Shown piece after piece: positions 50,500-61,699 of a stretch of DNA of 64,000 nucleotides. The notes beneath the pieces were generated by a model, which was not told the DNA's origin, did not search any database, and saw only the letters and a program-made list of their open reading frames with translations. Within the stretch, counting starts at the first letter, position 1. Each line of letters begins with the position of its first letter. Both the position numbers and the translations under genes were made by a program. The stretch is from Squalus acanthias (lineage: Eukaryota): contig CM059432.1 of NCBI GenBank assembly GCA_030390025.1, positions 5,146,001 to 5,210,000 on the forward strand. Reading direction: 5' to 3'.

Positions 50500-52905
50500 T
50501 CGAAAAGAGACATGATCTTCCCTTTTCTGTTTTATTCCATCAAAACTATTTATCCTTTTTCACTTAAGCCAATTTTCAATTTCTGATGTCGCCCATTGAA
50601 TCCCAGTCGGTACTGATTCAAAATCTTAAACTCACAGTCCATGTCCTCAATCAAGCCTGTTACTTCCTACACAGTTCTTATCACTTTCCTCTGGTGTATG
50701 GGAGGAGTGTAATGACACAGAGTAAAGGGTGACGGGAACGCTGAAGATTCAGTCGAGAGTCCCAATCCTTTTCTCAGTTCATCCTTCAGAACTGCCTCTC
50801 TCAACATTTTCAACATTCCAACTTCCATTCCATATCCCTTTAGATAATGTTTACAACTCCCATATTTTAGCTTTTCACTGAACATCTCAATCAGTTCTGA
50901 GACAGCCCATTCCTACAGAAACTAAGTGCTTCTGGGCAAGCTTCTCCCACTGCTTTCATCTCTAACTGTTCAGTAATTGCTCCTCGCAGGTCTGGGGTGA
51001 TGGGGTACTGTCTCTGGGGAGGGGGGTCCCCTTCCTCCAGGACCACCTCACCCTTCATTTGTCTGGCGGACCCTGTGTCGATTGAAGATATATCCCACTG
51101 CCCTTCCACTCATGCCTCGATAAGGGTATGACCACCCCTATCCTGAAGTAAGGGTCCTAAAGGAACGACATGTGTGGTTGAGGCGCGGCCTCCCTATTGC
51201 GATTCTGCCTCACTTGCTGAATCTACCCCCGACCTCACCAACTGGATCGCGGTGTCATTCCCGTCTATGATTCTTGCTCCTTTTCCCGATTCTTCAACTT
51301 ATCTTTTAACTTCTCTAATTCTTTACCCAATCCCTATCCCTGTCCTCTTATCAACTGACGGGTCGGGATCCAGACACCGCCTGGTCTTTCCTACCTCTTT
51401 ACTGGCTGCTGCTCGCTGTTCTGTCAGTTCTGAGACTTCTCTATCTCTAGCCTCAGCCTCTTCTAACTTCTGAATCCCCAGCATTAGACACTGTAACACT
51501 AACGCTTTTCTCTTTTTATCGCTTTTTAACCCTAACACCTTAATCTTTTTTAACTGGACACTCTCCACTAAGGACTGCCGTGCCTCTCTCCATCCTCCTG
51601 TCATTGGCCCAGAAATTGATCTCGCTCTGTTCCCGCGGGGGTAAGCCTTTCCCGCGATGTCTCACCTCGCTTATGCTTTTTCTGATCCAGCTCGCACGAA
51701 ATTGATGTTCCAGACATCAGCTGTGCTGGGCTTGCGTATCCCAGCGGCGTAGTTAATTCGTGCGAGCTGTGGGATCACGTGACTCAGTTAGAGCCAATGG
51801 CAGCACACCATCTTCCATTCATAAGTCTCACAGCATGGCTGAGAGACTTATGAATCTTACACCCCCCCAAAATAACAGCTAAACCTCAATTAAATTAAAA
51901 AAAAACCATCACATTAATAAAATAAGTATAGTTAATTAAATTAACCATTTTAAATAAAAAATTAAATTTTTGAAAAAATTTTAAATCTTTTAAAAAGTTA
52001 TAAAAATAAACTTACCTGTCTTTAAAGTCTATAAAAAAGATATACCTGTAAAAAAAAATTCAAAAAAATACTTAATTCACTACTTACCTTCTTAAAAGCG
52101 GGTCTTACTCCTCCTTTTTACATTTCCAGAATCTTCCCTACTTACCTGCGCGTCCAAAGCATGAAGTGCACAGCGTGCGCGCAGCCTGTAGCGCGCACGC
52201 GATGCACTCAGGCCCCGCCCCCTTTTCGGAAGAGCAATTGCCGGTTTTCAGCGCATGCGCAGGGCATGCAGAAAACCGGCAATTGGAGTGGGAATACGCG
52301 AGAGTATGCAGTGCGTACTCTCGCGTCCCGGGATCAATTTTCGGCCCATTGTTTCCTGCCCCGTAAGGTCCCCCTTTAGACTCAACCCATTCATTAAGAA
52401 ATGACCGAACCTCAGCAGGAATATTCCCTCATCCTCCCATTGCTAACTGGAGATCCCTTTAAGTTGCCACAACTAAGAATACTCACCCCTCGAACTGATG
52501 TGTGGGGAAACACTTCCTTGAACCAACACCAACTTTTAAATCATCAAGTTCAAGTTCACAAACTTTGAAAATATCACGTCGGGCCAACTCAGACTAACAA
52601 AACTAAAAAAAAACAACGTCAGGGTCACCAAGATGTTGGGCTGCTTTCTTGTTCTTTTTCAGTTCGTTGCTTTAAACGCCAGATTACACACACACTCAGT
52701 TGTAGTAGTGCAGGATCAGGACTTTATTGAAACCTCACACTATCCACAACCAGTATGAGTGCACAAGTCTTTTCATACTACACAAAACAAGTATGAGAGC
52801 TCAGGTCTTTCCATACTACACCATTCCAGTATGAGAATGAGCTGCTGATGAGACATCACACTATCCACGGTTCCAGTGTGAGCTGCTAAACAGTCTTCCC
52901 TTACA
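50500..52905 (-). mobile_element. Degenerate LTR retroelement: 5' LTR (52634-52905), tRNA-Trp-like PBS, gag/pol remnants
   Basis: LTR TGTAAG...CCAACA with AATAAA. PBS TGGTGACCCTGACG at 52630-52617. Pol-like GDPPPQRQYPI near 51000. Confidence 0.7.
51606..52347. mobile_element. PIF/Harbinger-like element nested in the LTR element
   Basis: Ends GGCCCAGAAATTGATC / GATCAATTTTCGGCCC, TSD ATT. Confidence 0.7.
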
Positions 52906-53254
52906 TTTCTTAAATCAATTCTCACCTTTGATCACTACATTCCATGCATGCTACCAATAAATCATTGTACAGCAAAGGTACAAGCAAATGGCAACAGAAT
53001 AACTACATAAAGGAAACAAACTTGCACTTAACAGTCCTAATTGTTTTATTGACGTAATGAAACCCTTCCCATTCATTTTATTACCATAAACACAAGTGAC
53101 CAAACTGACATATTCCAGACCATTACAGTTGTGGCTGAATGACTCTTACACATTGATGTAAGAAAACTACTTGGCACTCGGTCTAAGCATTAAACAAAGC
53201 TTTAATCAACTGTTTTACAACATGGAGGTCTAGTTGTGTCCTTCACTAGTTCCT

Positions 53255-53400
53255 GTTAAGAATGTCCTGCGCAAGCTGGGCCCGTGCCCGAGTATTTATA
53301 CTCTCCCTGGACAGCGCCACCCGCAGCCCACTCTATTATTTCATAAGTCATTTCCACATGAATGACAAGATTCATGTCACACATTCTGCTATTTTACTTT
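53255..53400 (-). promoter_or_regulatory. Candidate TATA promoter of the SPATA2-like gene
   Basis: TATAAATA on minus at 53293-53300 in unique sequence, with a GC-rich stretch just upstream, oriented toward the 49640 exon. Confidence 0.4.
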
Positions 53401-54029
53401 CCTGTGAAGATATCCTTGCTTAAAAATACCCTTACCCTATTTACAGCCCATGCTCAGCAGAAAACTGTTTTAACTTTTAACTCATCGTGTGCTGGTCTCG
53501 CTGACTCCGCAGAAAGAATAGCGAGGTACCCAAGTAGTGTGAACCCTCGTTCCTACACCCATATCCATTGATTCTCCTGGAGTCCAAAAATCTATCTATC
53601 TCAGCCTTGAATATATCCCTTTGAAACTGACCACAACTTCAGGATGTAGCGCATGCGCATCTAAATGCGCAAATCCTGAAAGTTGCTGTCCGTCATTCAC
53701 TGCTCCGACACTGGCTGCGCTCTGCCCACGCAACCCCCCACCCGCCACCCCCCAACCACGCTACAGCCGGCAAACAGTGAAATCAGTGAAGCTGATGAAA
53801 ACTTGAGCTTTACCGCAGTAATATCGCTGTTAAATACCCCATTAAATGTTAAGCCTTATTTCAGATTTCCAGCATCCGCAGTATTTTGCCGTTGTATTAG
53901 TGTTTGGTCCACTGCCACCTCTCTTCTCGGAATGCTCACCTTGAAGAAGTTCTGCTCTTCTCTCTGACAGGATTTCCGTTCGTCTAACCTTTACCAGTTC
54001 TGACGAAGGGTTCGACCTGAGACGTTGAA

Positions 54030-54831
54030 ACAGTGACGGGATCAGACAAAGTCAACATGGATTTACAAAAGGTAAATCGTGCTTGACTGATCTACTGGAA
54101 TTTTTTGAGGATGTAACTGGTAAAATAGATAAGGGAGAACCAGTGGATGTGGTGTATTTGGACTTTCAGAAGGCTTTCGATAAGGTCCCGCGTAAGAGAT
54201 TAGCGTGTAAAGTTAAGGCACATGGGATTGGGGGCAAGGTATTGACTTGGATAGAGAACTGGTTGGCAGACAGAAAGCAAAGAGTTGGAATAAATGGGTC
54301 TTTTTCTGAGTGGCAGGCAGTGACTAGTGGGGTACCGCAGGGATCGGTCCTTGGACCCCAGCTATTCACAATATATATTAATGATCTAGACGAGGGAATT
54401 GGATGTAATATCTCCAAGTTTGCAGACGACACAAAGCTGGGTGGGAGTGTGTGCCGTGAGGAGGATGCCGAGAAACTCCACTATGATTTGGACAGGTTGG
54501 GTGATTGGGCAGAAGCATGGCAGATGCAATATAATGTGGATAAATGCGAGGTTATCCACTTTGGTGTCAAAAACAGAATTTCTTCACCCAGAGAGTGGTG
54601 AACCTGTGGAATTCTCTACCACAGAAGGCAGTAGAGGCCAATTCATTAAATATATTCAAGAAGGAGTTAGATATATTTCTTAAAGCTAAAGGGATCAAGG
54701 GATATGGGGAGAAGGCAGGGACAGGGTACTGAGTTTGGATGATCAGCCATGATCTCATTGAATGGCGGAGCAGGCTCGAGGGGCTGAATGGCCTACTCCT
54801 GCTCCTATCTTCTATGTTTCTATGTTTCTAT
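54030..54831 (+). mobile_element. CR1 LINE with RT core and internal deletion
   Basis: VYLDFQKAFDKV, SGVPQGSVLGP, FADDTK, then a jump directly to the NFFTQRVV 3' end and (TTCTATGT)n tail. Confidence 0.9.
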
Positions 54832-55934
54832 GTTGACTCTGTTTCTCTCTCCTCGATGCTGCCTGACCTGCTGAGTGTTTCCAGCACTTTCTGTTGTTAC
54901 TTCAAACGTTCAGTCTTGTTGGATTAGGTGTAACTGGGGTTTTAACAGCCTATTGACGGCGAAGCAAACGTTTACTTATCAAACCACTCGGTAACCATGG
55001 AAGTAAAGCGCTCACAACAATCGAACAACAGTCACGCACTCTACTTTTCATCTTAGCATTCAAAAGAAAGACTTGCATTTATATAGCACCTTTCACGACC
55101 TCAGGACGTCCCAAAGCGCTTTACAGTCAATGAAGTACTTTTGAAGTGTAGTCACTGTTGTAATGTAGGAACCAGCAAAGGCACGAAAAGGTTACAGTTC
55201 ACATGTGTACCCTGTGCAGATGGGTATCACACGCCCATTTAAAATGTCTATTCATTATTTTTTATTTACTACATCAGAAATGCAATTAGCCACATCTGGA
55301 TTCCCAATTAGCCACATGTGGCTAATGTATTGGACAACACTGTCCTTAACACCCCACTCCCTGCCCCCAACTTCTCTCTGCACCTTCAAAAGCCTCCTTA
55401 AACCTACCTCTGTGACCAGTTCGCTCCGACGACCCTTCTTCCAAAGCTCTAGGTGATAGAGAGAAAGAAAGAAAGACTTGCATTTCTACAGCGCCTTTCA
55501 CAACCTCAGGACGTCTCAAAGCACTTTACAGCCAATGAAATACTTTTGAAGTGTAGTCACTGTTGTAATGTAGGAAATGTGGCAGCCAATTTGCACACAG
55601 CAAGATCCCACAAAGAAGAGCAATGTGATAATGACCAGGTAATCTGTTTTCGTTATGTTGATTGAGGGATAAATATTGGCCAGGACATCAGGGATGACTC
55701 TCCTGCTCTTCTTCGAAATAGTGGCCCTGGGATCTTTTATGTCCACCTGAGGGGACAGACGGCACCTCTGACAGTGCAGCGCTCCCTCAGCACTGCCCTG
55801 GAGTGTCAGCCTAGGTTTTTTGAGCTCAAGTCTCTGGAGTGGGACTTGAACCCAAAACCCTTCTGACTCAGAGGTGAGGGTGTAATAGACGCACCACAGT
55901 GAACGAAATGTTTTTACATGGTGCCTTGTTTAAG

Positions 55935-56050
55935 ATCTGAAGGGGAATTTGGACTTGCCTTTACGTGGCAATGCTGTTGTTATTTCTCAAAATTCCCTTA
56001 CTGTTGCTGTTTACTTCCTGATAACCAGCTGATAGAGGGAAATTCCAGTC
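55935..56050. promoter_or_regulatory. Candidate NF-kB/ETS/GATA enhancer
   Basis: Perfect GGGAAATTCC at 56037-56046, two partial kB-like sites, ACTTCCTG, GATAA and CAGCTG within ~110 bp of non-repeat DNA. Confidence 0.35.
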
Positions 56051-58567
56051 CCGCAGTATTTACAGGTTTTGTGGGTGAATGAGATTACAGCGACAGCAAA
56101 TGAATATATTAATTCAAAGGCATAAGCAAATAAGAATTGGCACAGGAGTAGGTTAGACAGGCCATTCAATAAGATCATGGCTGATCTTCGACCTCACTCC
56201 ACTTTCCCGTCCACTCCCCACCTCCCTTGATGCCCCAAGAGTCCAAAAATCTATCGATCTCAGCCTTGAATAGACTCATCAGCATCCACAGCCCTCTGGG
56301 GCGGAGAATTCCAAAGATTCACCACCCTCTGAGTGAAGAAATTCCTCCTCATCTCAGTCTTGAATGGCCGACCCCTTATCCTGAGGCTGTGATCCCCCTC
56401 GTTCTAGACTCTCCAGCGGGGCGGGGGGGGGAACGAAATTGCACTGGACAAATTTTTGACCTTTACACCACATCAAAGAATCATTTGCAAATGATTACCG
56501 TTCCCGGCTAGGGAAGTATTAGACGCTTAAATTTGGCTCGACAACTTGGCTTAAATCAGCCAGTTTTGGATGATATTAACGTGGACACTGGCAACCCCCT
56601 GTTTGGATGCGCGTAAGATATTGAGTGAAAGAACTAACTCTTTCTTGCATGATCATCAAAGAAGTAAGACCGTAAAGTCACAAACATTTCTTTATTTTCA
56701 ACTTATGATTGCAATTAACAGCATTGAAGCCTTAAATATCAAATATGTAGACATGGTTCACTGACAAAATTAGAAAGTCACAATGGCCATAAATTTCCTC
56801 AGAGCTGCTCCTGTTCTGCCGTCGTAACTTCGCCAGAAGTGTGGCAGAAACCCCATTTACATCAACAACAGCAACTTGTATTTATATAGCACCTTTAACG
56901 TAGTAAAACGTCCCAAGGCGCTGCCACAGGAGCGATTATCAGACAAAATTTGACACCGAGCCACATAATGTGATTTTAGGACTGGTGACCAAAAGCTTGG
57001 TCAAAGGGGTAGGTTTTAAGGAGCGTCCTAAAGGAGGAAAGAAGAGGCAGAGAGGTGGAGAGGTTTAGGGAGGGGATTCCAGAGCTGAAGGCACGGCCAC
57101 CAATGGTGGAGCGATTAAAATCGGAAGGTCCAGAATTGGAGGAGCGCAGAGATCTCGGAGGGTTTTAGGGCTGGAGGAGGTTAGGGAGGGGGGGCGAGCC
57201 CTGGAGGGATTTGAACACAAGGATGAGAATTTTAAAATGGAGGTGTTGCTGGACCAGGAGCCAATGTAGGTCAGCGATGGCGACTTCGGCCAAACCCGCA
57301 AAAGACCGTCACCTCGACATTCCACCTCAACACCCATCAAGCAAACCAAGCTTTGTAAGTCTCCTTTTGGGGCGCAGAGGTAAACCACGCCAAAAAAACC
57401 CTCCTATTTAGGAGTCACGCTCAATCGCACCCTGTCATATAGACAACGGGGAGACATTCGGCTCCTTTGTGCCTGCTCTTAGCGCCTCCGGGGGGTGCTA
57501 ACGTGGCACAAAGGTGTTATCGCCCGGGGGAGGGGCGAAGAAAGCTGAGACGCTACCCGATAGCGCCGCGCCCCTTACCACCCCGCAACAGAAATTCGTC
57601 TGCGCCCCGCAAGGCTGCCACGGGCAATGCCAGCGCCAGCCTTGCAGGTCGCGAGCCGGGCTGACCTCCGCTCGTGGGGCGGTAGTTAAAGGGGAGGTGC
57701 GGCCGCGACCCATGTCGCCATTTTCTTTTTCCTCCATGGTGTGCCGTGGCATGGTCCTGGCCGCCATCACGCAGCCTGGCACCGCGTCTCGGGGCCGGGC
57801 TGCTGCCATGGCACCACGCCGCCCTGGTGGCCTAGTGTGGGCCATCGGAGGCCCTGCAGAGTGCGCAGCGGTCCTCCCCTTTAACTGAAGGGGAGGGGCA
57901 TTGAAACGCGGCGTTGAAACATCGCCTCGGTTACCGCCCCACCAGGAAGTGGAGTGCCCGACATTGCGCTCCACTCCCTGGGCGGGGCGGTAAGGCAAAT
58001 TTCGTGGCCAGGACAGGACTTGCTCGCCGGAGGCAGGATGTCCCATCTCGCCAGCGTTACAGCCCCGAAACAGGGCGCTACCGGATTTCGCGCCCAACAT
58101 CCCCAGAATCTTGGGAAGAAACTAAATGTGTGTGACTTGGAGGGGAAGTTGGAGGTGGTGGTGTTCCCATGCGCCTGCCGCCCTTGTCCTTCGAGGTGGT
58201 AGAGGTCGCGGGTTTGGGAGGTGCTGCCGAAGTTTGTTAAAAGCCAGATCCGCCTCCGAATGCAAATTCAGGGCCATCGTCTTTCATGCGTTTGATTCTC
58301 CAAGTATATCACCTTTGACACAATCTTTAGCCATTTGGAGTGATACCTTATTGCAAGGATTCCTTTTTTGACATAAATTCATGGGAGAACTTGGAATGTG
58401 GAAGTTTTAATTGCTTGTTTAAAGCCCGATTTGCTGATTTGTTGTGAAAATTCCTTTCACTTTCTCGCGTTTGAATAATAGTGGCAAGACAAACCTGACC
58501 AGGTACACTCGTCAACAAAACATGGCCTTTCATTCAACCGTGACAAGCCTGGGTGTACCTACTCATT

Positions 58568-59309
58568 GGGGTAAAAATTCAGTTGGTTGCGCCTCCCGTT
58601 AGCGCCTTAAGAGGGCGCTAATGGGGCGCAAAGCTGCTAACGCCCGGGCGCAGCAATGTTTGCGCCGCTCGGGAACTTAACTAGAGATTGTGCAGCGGCG
58701 CTAAACCTTACCGCTGCGACCACCTGCGCGCGCAGATTGTGACGTCATTCCATGGTGCAACGCCCTTGTGGCGCCCCGGAGCGGAAATTGAGTGGCGCCC
58801 CCTGCCTTACCGCCTGGCGCATCCAACGACCGGAAGACTGGAACGCTATCAATCGCTGTGGGGCTGGGGGGGGCGCTATTTAAAGGGGGCCTCTTCCTGT
58901 CTTTTTCTGTGGTCGACATTTTTGCACCACTCGTTCTGAGAGAGAGAGAGAGATTCGGAGAGAGAGAAAGAGAGACTTCTGCATTGACTCAACGCTTTGT
59001 GAGGTAGTTTTGCCTACTGATCCTAACAGTTGGCCCCCCCCCCGCTTTAAGAACTGGCCGGCGCCAGTGTGTCTGTGTTCCCTCGCTAACTGGCAGCAGC
59101 TGCGCTGCGCTCGCGCGCTGAGTTAGCGCCTCACTGCTCGGCCTTTGCGCCTTAAGACAGGTGTGCAGCGCCTGATTTAGCGCTCCACTCACCTCCCGGG
59201 GCGGTAAAAGTGAAGTTTCCAGTCAGTGCCGATAATTAGCGCCAAGCGCTAATATTTGCGTCCAGACAATATTTGCGCCCCAAATGGGGCGCGACCTAAT
59301 TTTTCCCCC
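58568..59309. mobile_element. GC-rich PIF/Harbinger-like element (relatives ~37920-38440, ~57445-58110)
   Basis: Ends GGGGTAAAAATT / AATTTTTCCCCC, TSD ATT. Shares GCGCCTCCCGTTAGCGCC with 37943. Confidence 0.65.
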
Positions 59310-59607
59310 ATTGGATCCAGAAGCGTCGTGGAACCTTTTGCCACATTAAAGGCAACTTTACTACATTTTCTAAATCTAAATGCAAGTTGCCGTTTTTTGA
59401 TACGAACTGGGAAGGAGATTTTCCCTTTTTCTATAGTGGGGGTGGAGTGGGGCGTGGGGGTCGGGGGAGGAGGATGGCGGGAGGGTGGTAGGGAGAACAA
59501 TAAAGATAAGTCCAACAAATAAAATCATGAACACTTTTTTGCAGGAAATACCTCCTTATTGTCAATTCCTGGCCATGTGCCTCCTACAATAACACATCGT
59601 GCAGAGA

Positions 59608-60552
59608 ATATAAGAGCAGGGAGGTTATGCTTGAACTGTATAAAACACTAGTTAGGCCGCAGCTAGAATACTGTGTGCAGTTCTGGTCACCATGTTACAG
59701 AAAGGATGTGATTGCACTAGAGAGGGTACAGAGGAGATTTACGAGGATGTTGCCTGGGCTGGGGAATTTTAGCTATGAGGGAAGATTGGATAGGCTGGGG
59801 TTGATTTCTTTGGAATAGAGGAGGCTGGGGGAGATTTAATTGGGGTGTATAAAATGATGAGGGACCTAGATAGAGTGGATAGGAAGGACCTATTTCCCTT
59901 AGCAGAGAGGTCAATAACCAGGGGGCATAGATTTAAAGTACAGGAAACTCTTGTTTAAACGGCACCTAAATATCCGGAATTCTCTATTAAGCGGCAAAAT
60001 TCATACTCCTCAATAACCATTTTGTTTTACTGTTAAGTAATTAAAGAGTTATGGATTACCCTCAACTGGCAGTACTGTACTTAATCAAGCATCTTCCACC
60101 ATCCATTTAACACAACATTCTGTAGGTGAGTACCCAATTACTGTATACTGCACATTTCTTGATTTTTTAATTTTTGTTTGTTAAAAATAGCCTCGGTAGA
60201 TAACCCTCTCCGTCATCCGGAATTTTTAATCAACCGGCACCACCCAGGTCCCGTCGGTGCCGGATACCAAAGAGTTTCCTGTAATTGGTAGAAGGATTAG
60301 AGGGGAGTTGAGGAGAACTTTTTCACCCAGAGGGTGGTGGGGGTCTGGAACTCACTGCCTGAAAGGGTGGGAGAGGCAGAAACTCTCATCACATTTAAAA
60401 AGTACTTGGATATGCACTTGAAGTGCCGTAACCTGCAGGGCTACGGACCAAGAGCTGGAAGTGGGATTAGGCTGGAGAGCTCTTTGTCGGCCGGCACGGA
60501 CACGATGGGCCGAATGGCCTCCTTCGGTGCTGTAAATTTCTATGATTCTATG
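59608..60552 (+). mobile_element. CR1 LINE 3' fragment interrupted by a MITE
   Basis: Same subfamily as 34400-35260. Confidence 0.85.
59941..60281. mobile_element. Tc1/mariner-type MITE, same family, opposite orientation
   Basis: TIR CAGGAAACTCTT. Cleanly splits a CR1 at a duplicated TA. Confidence 0.88.
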
Positions 60553-61699
60553 ATCGTGAGGTGTATTGTGCAAGAGAAATAACCAACCTGTTTGTCATGT
60601 ATTTGTATCAATATAAGCCTTTTATAAATATCTATGAAACTACGTAAAGCAGAAGTAAGATTGAGATCATCTGAGCACCAAATGTAAGCAGGTGAAAGAC
60701 AGACTTGCATTTCTATAGCGCCTTTCACAACCACCGGACATCCCAAAGCGCTTTACAGCCAATGAAGTACTTTCTGAAGTGGAGTCACTGTTGTAATTTG
60801 GGAAACGCGGCAGCCAGTTTGCGCACAGCAAGCTCCCACAAACAGCAATGTGACAATGCCCAGATCATCTGTTTTTGTTATGTTGGTTGAAGGATAAATA
60901 TTGGCCAGGAGTATATCGTGTGAAGCCACTTAAAGGGTCTCCATCACAATTATAAAAGCTTTAATGGCAGTGTCTTGAAAAGGTAACACTTATTTCACTC
61001 TTCAGTTCCTAAGACTAGCACTTGGATGACTCACAAAGCTGTTATTGCCGAACGAGCATTTATCGCTGATCTTGGCATTGGGTACTGTTGAGTATCAGGG
61101 AGTTTTCCAGCAGCCTTATTTCTAGGATCAAAGGTCGAGCTGCAGCAGAGCTAACATGACGACAGCAAATTTTAAATTCCTTATAAAGATACAAACTTAT
61201 CTGGACTTCCCCGAAATGCAGCACATGCCGAGGCCCTGATACATACAAACTAAGGACGTCCTTGGTCCAAACTCTATTCCGCTGGGTGTCGCAGCTCAGC
61301 GCCTCTTCCAGCACTGCTGGTGGGCCAGGAGGAGCAGGAGTGATTCCCCACCGCCCCTGCCCTCCCGCCCGAGCTACCACGCTTCCCTCCCCACGATCGG
61401 CCGATGCCCCCCACACCCCCCACCACTACCCACCCCCACTGCGATCTGACTCTCCCCTCCCCATCGATCCGATGTCCTCACCGATCTTCTCCCCGCCCCG
61501 CCCCACGATTTCTCAGGGCTCGGGAAACCCGGCTTGTGAGCCAGAAAGCACGAGTGCTACCCTCGCCCCTCAACCCCCCTCAGCCACGATCTCTCCCTCC
61601 CCACGATCGGCCGAAACCACCCCCAGCACCCCACAGCAATCATCAGCAACCCCCCTGCGATCGCTCATCCGTGGCGATCTCACCCTCCCCGTGAACTCT

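Noticed and set aside
57498..58100. 200-aa GC-rich ORF
   Set aside because: Lies in a GC-rich dispersed repeat; stop-poor by composition.
58230..58533. Unique-looking minus-strand ORFs here and at 61060-61260 as possible further exons
   Set aside because: No recognisable homology and no convincing splice pair.
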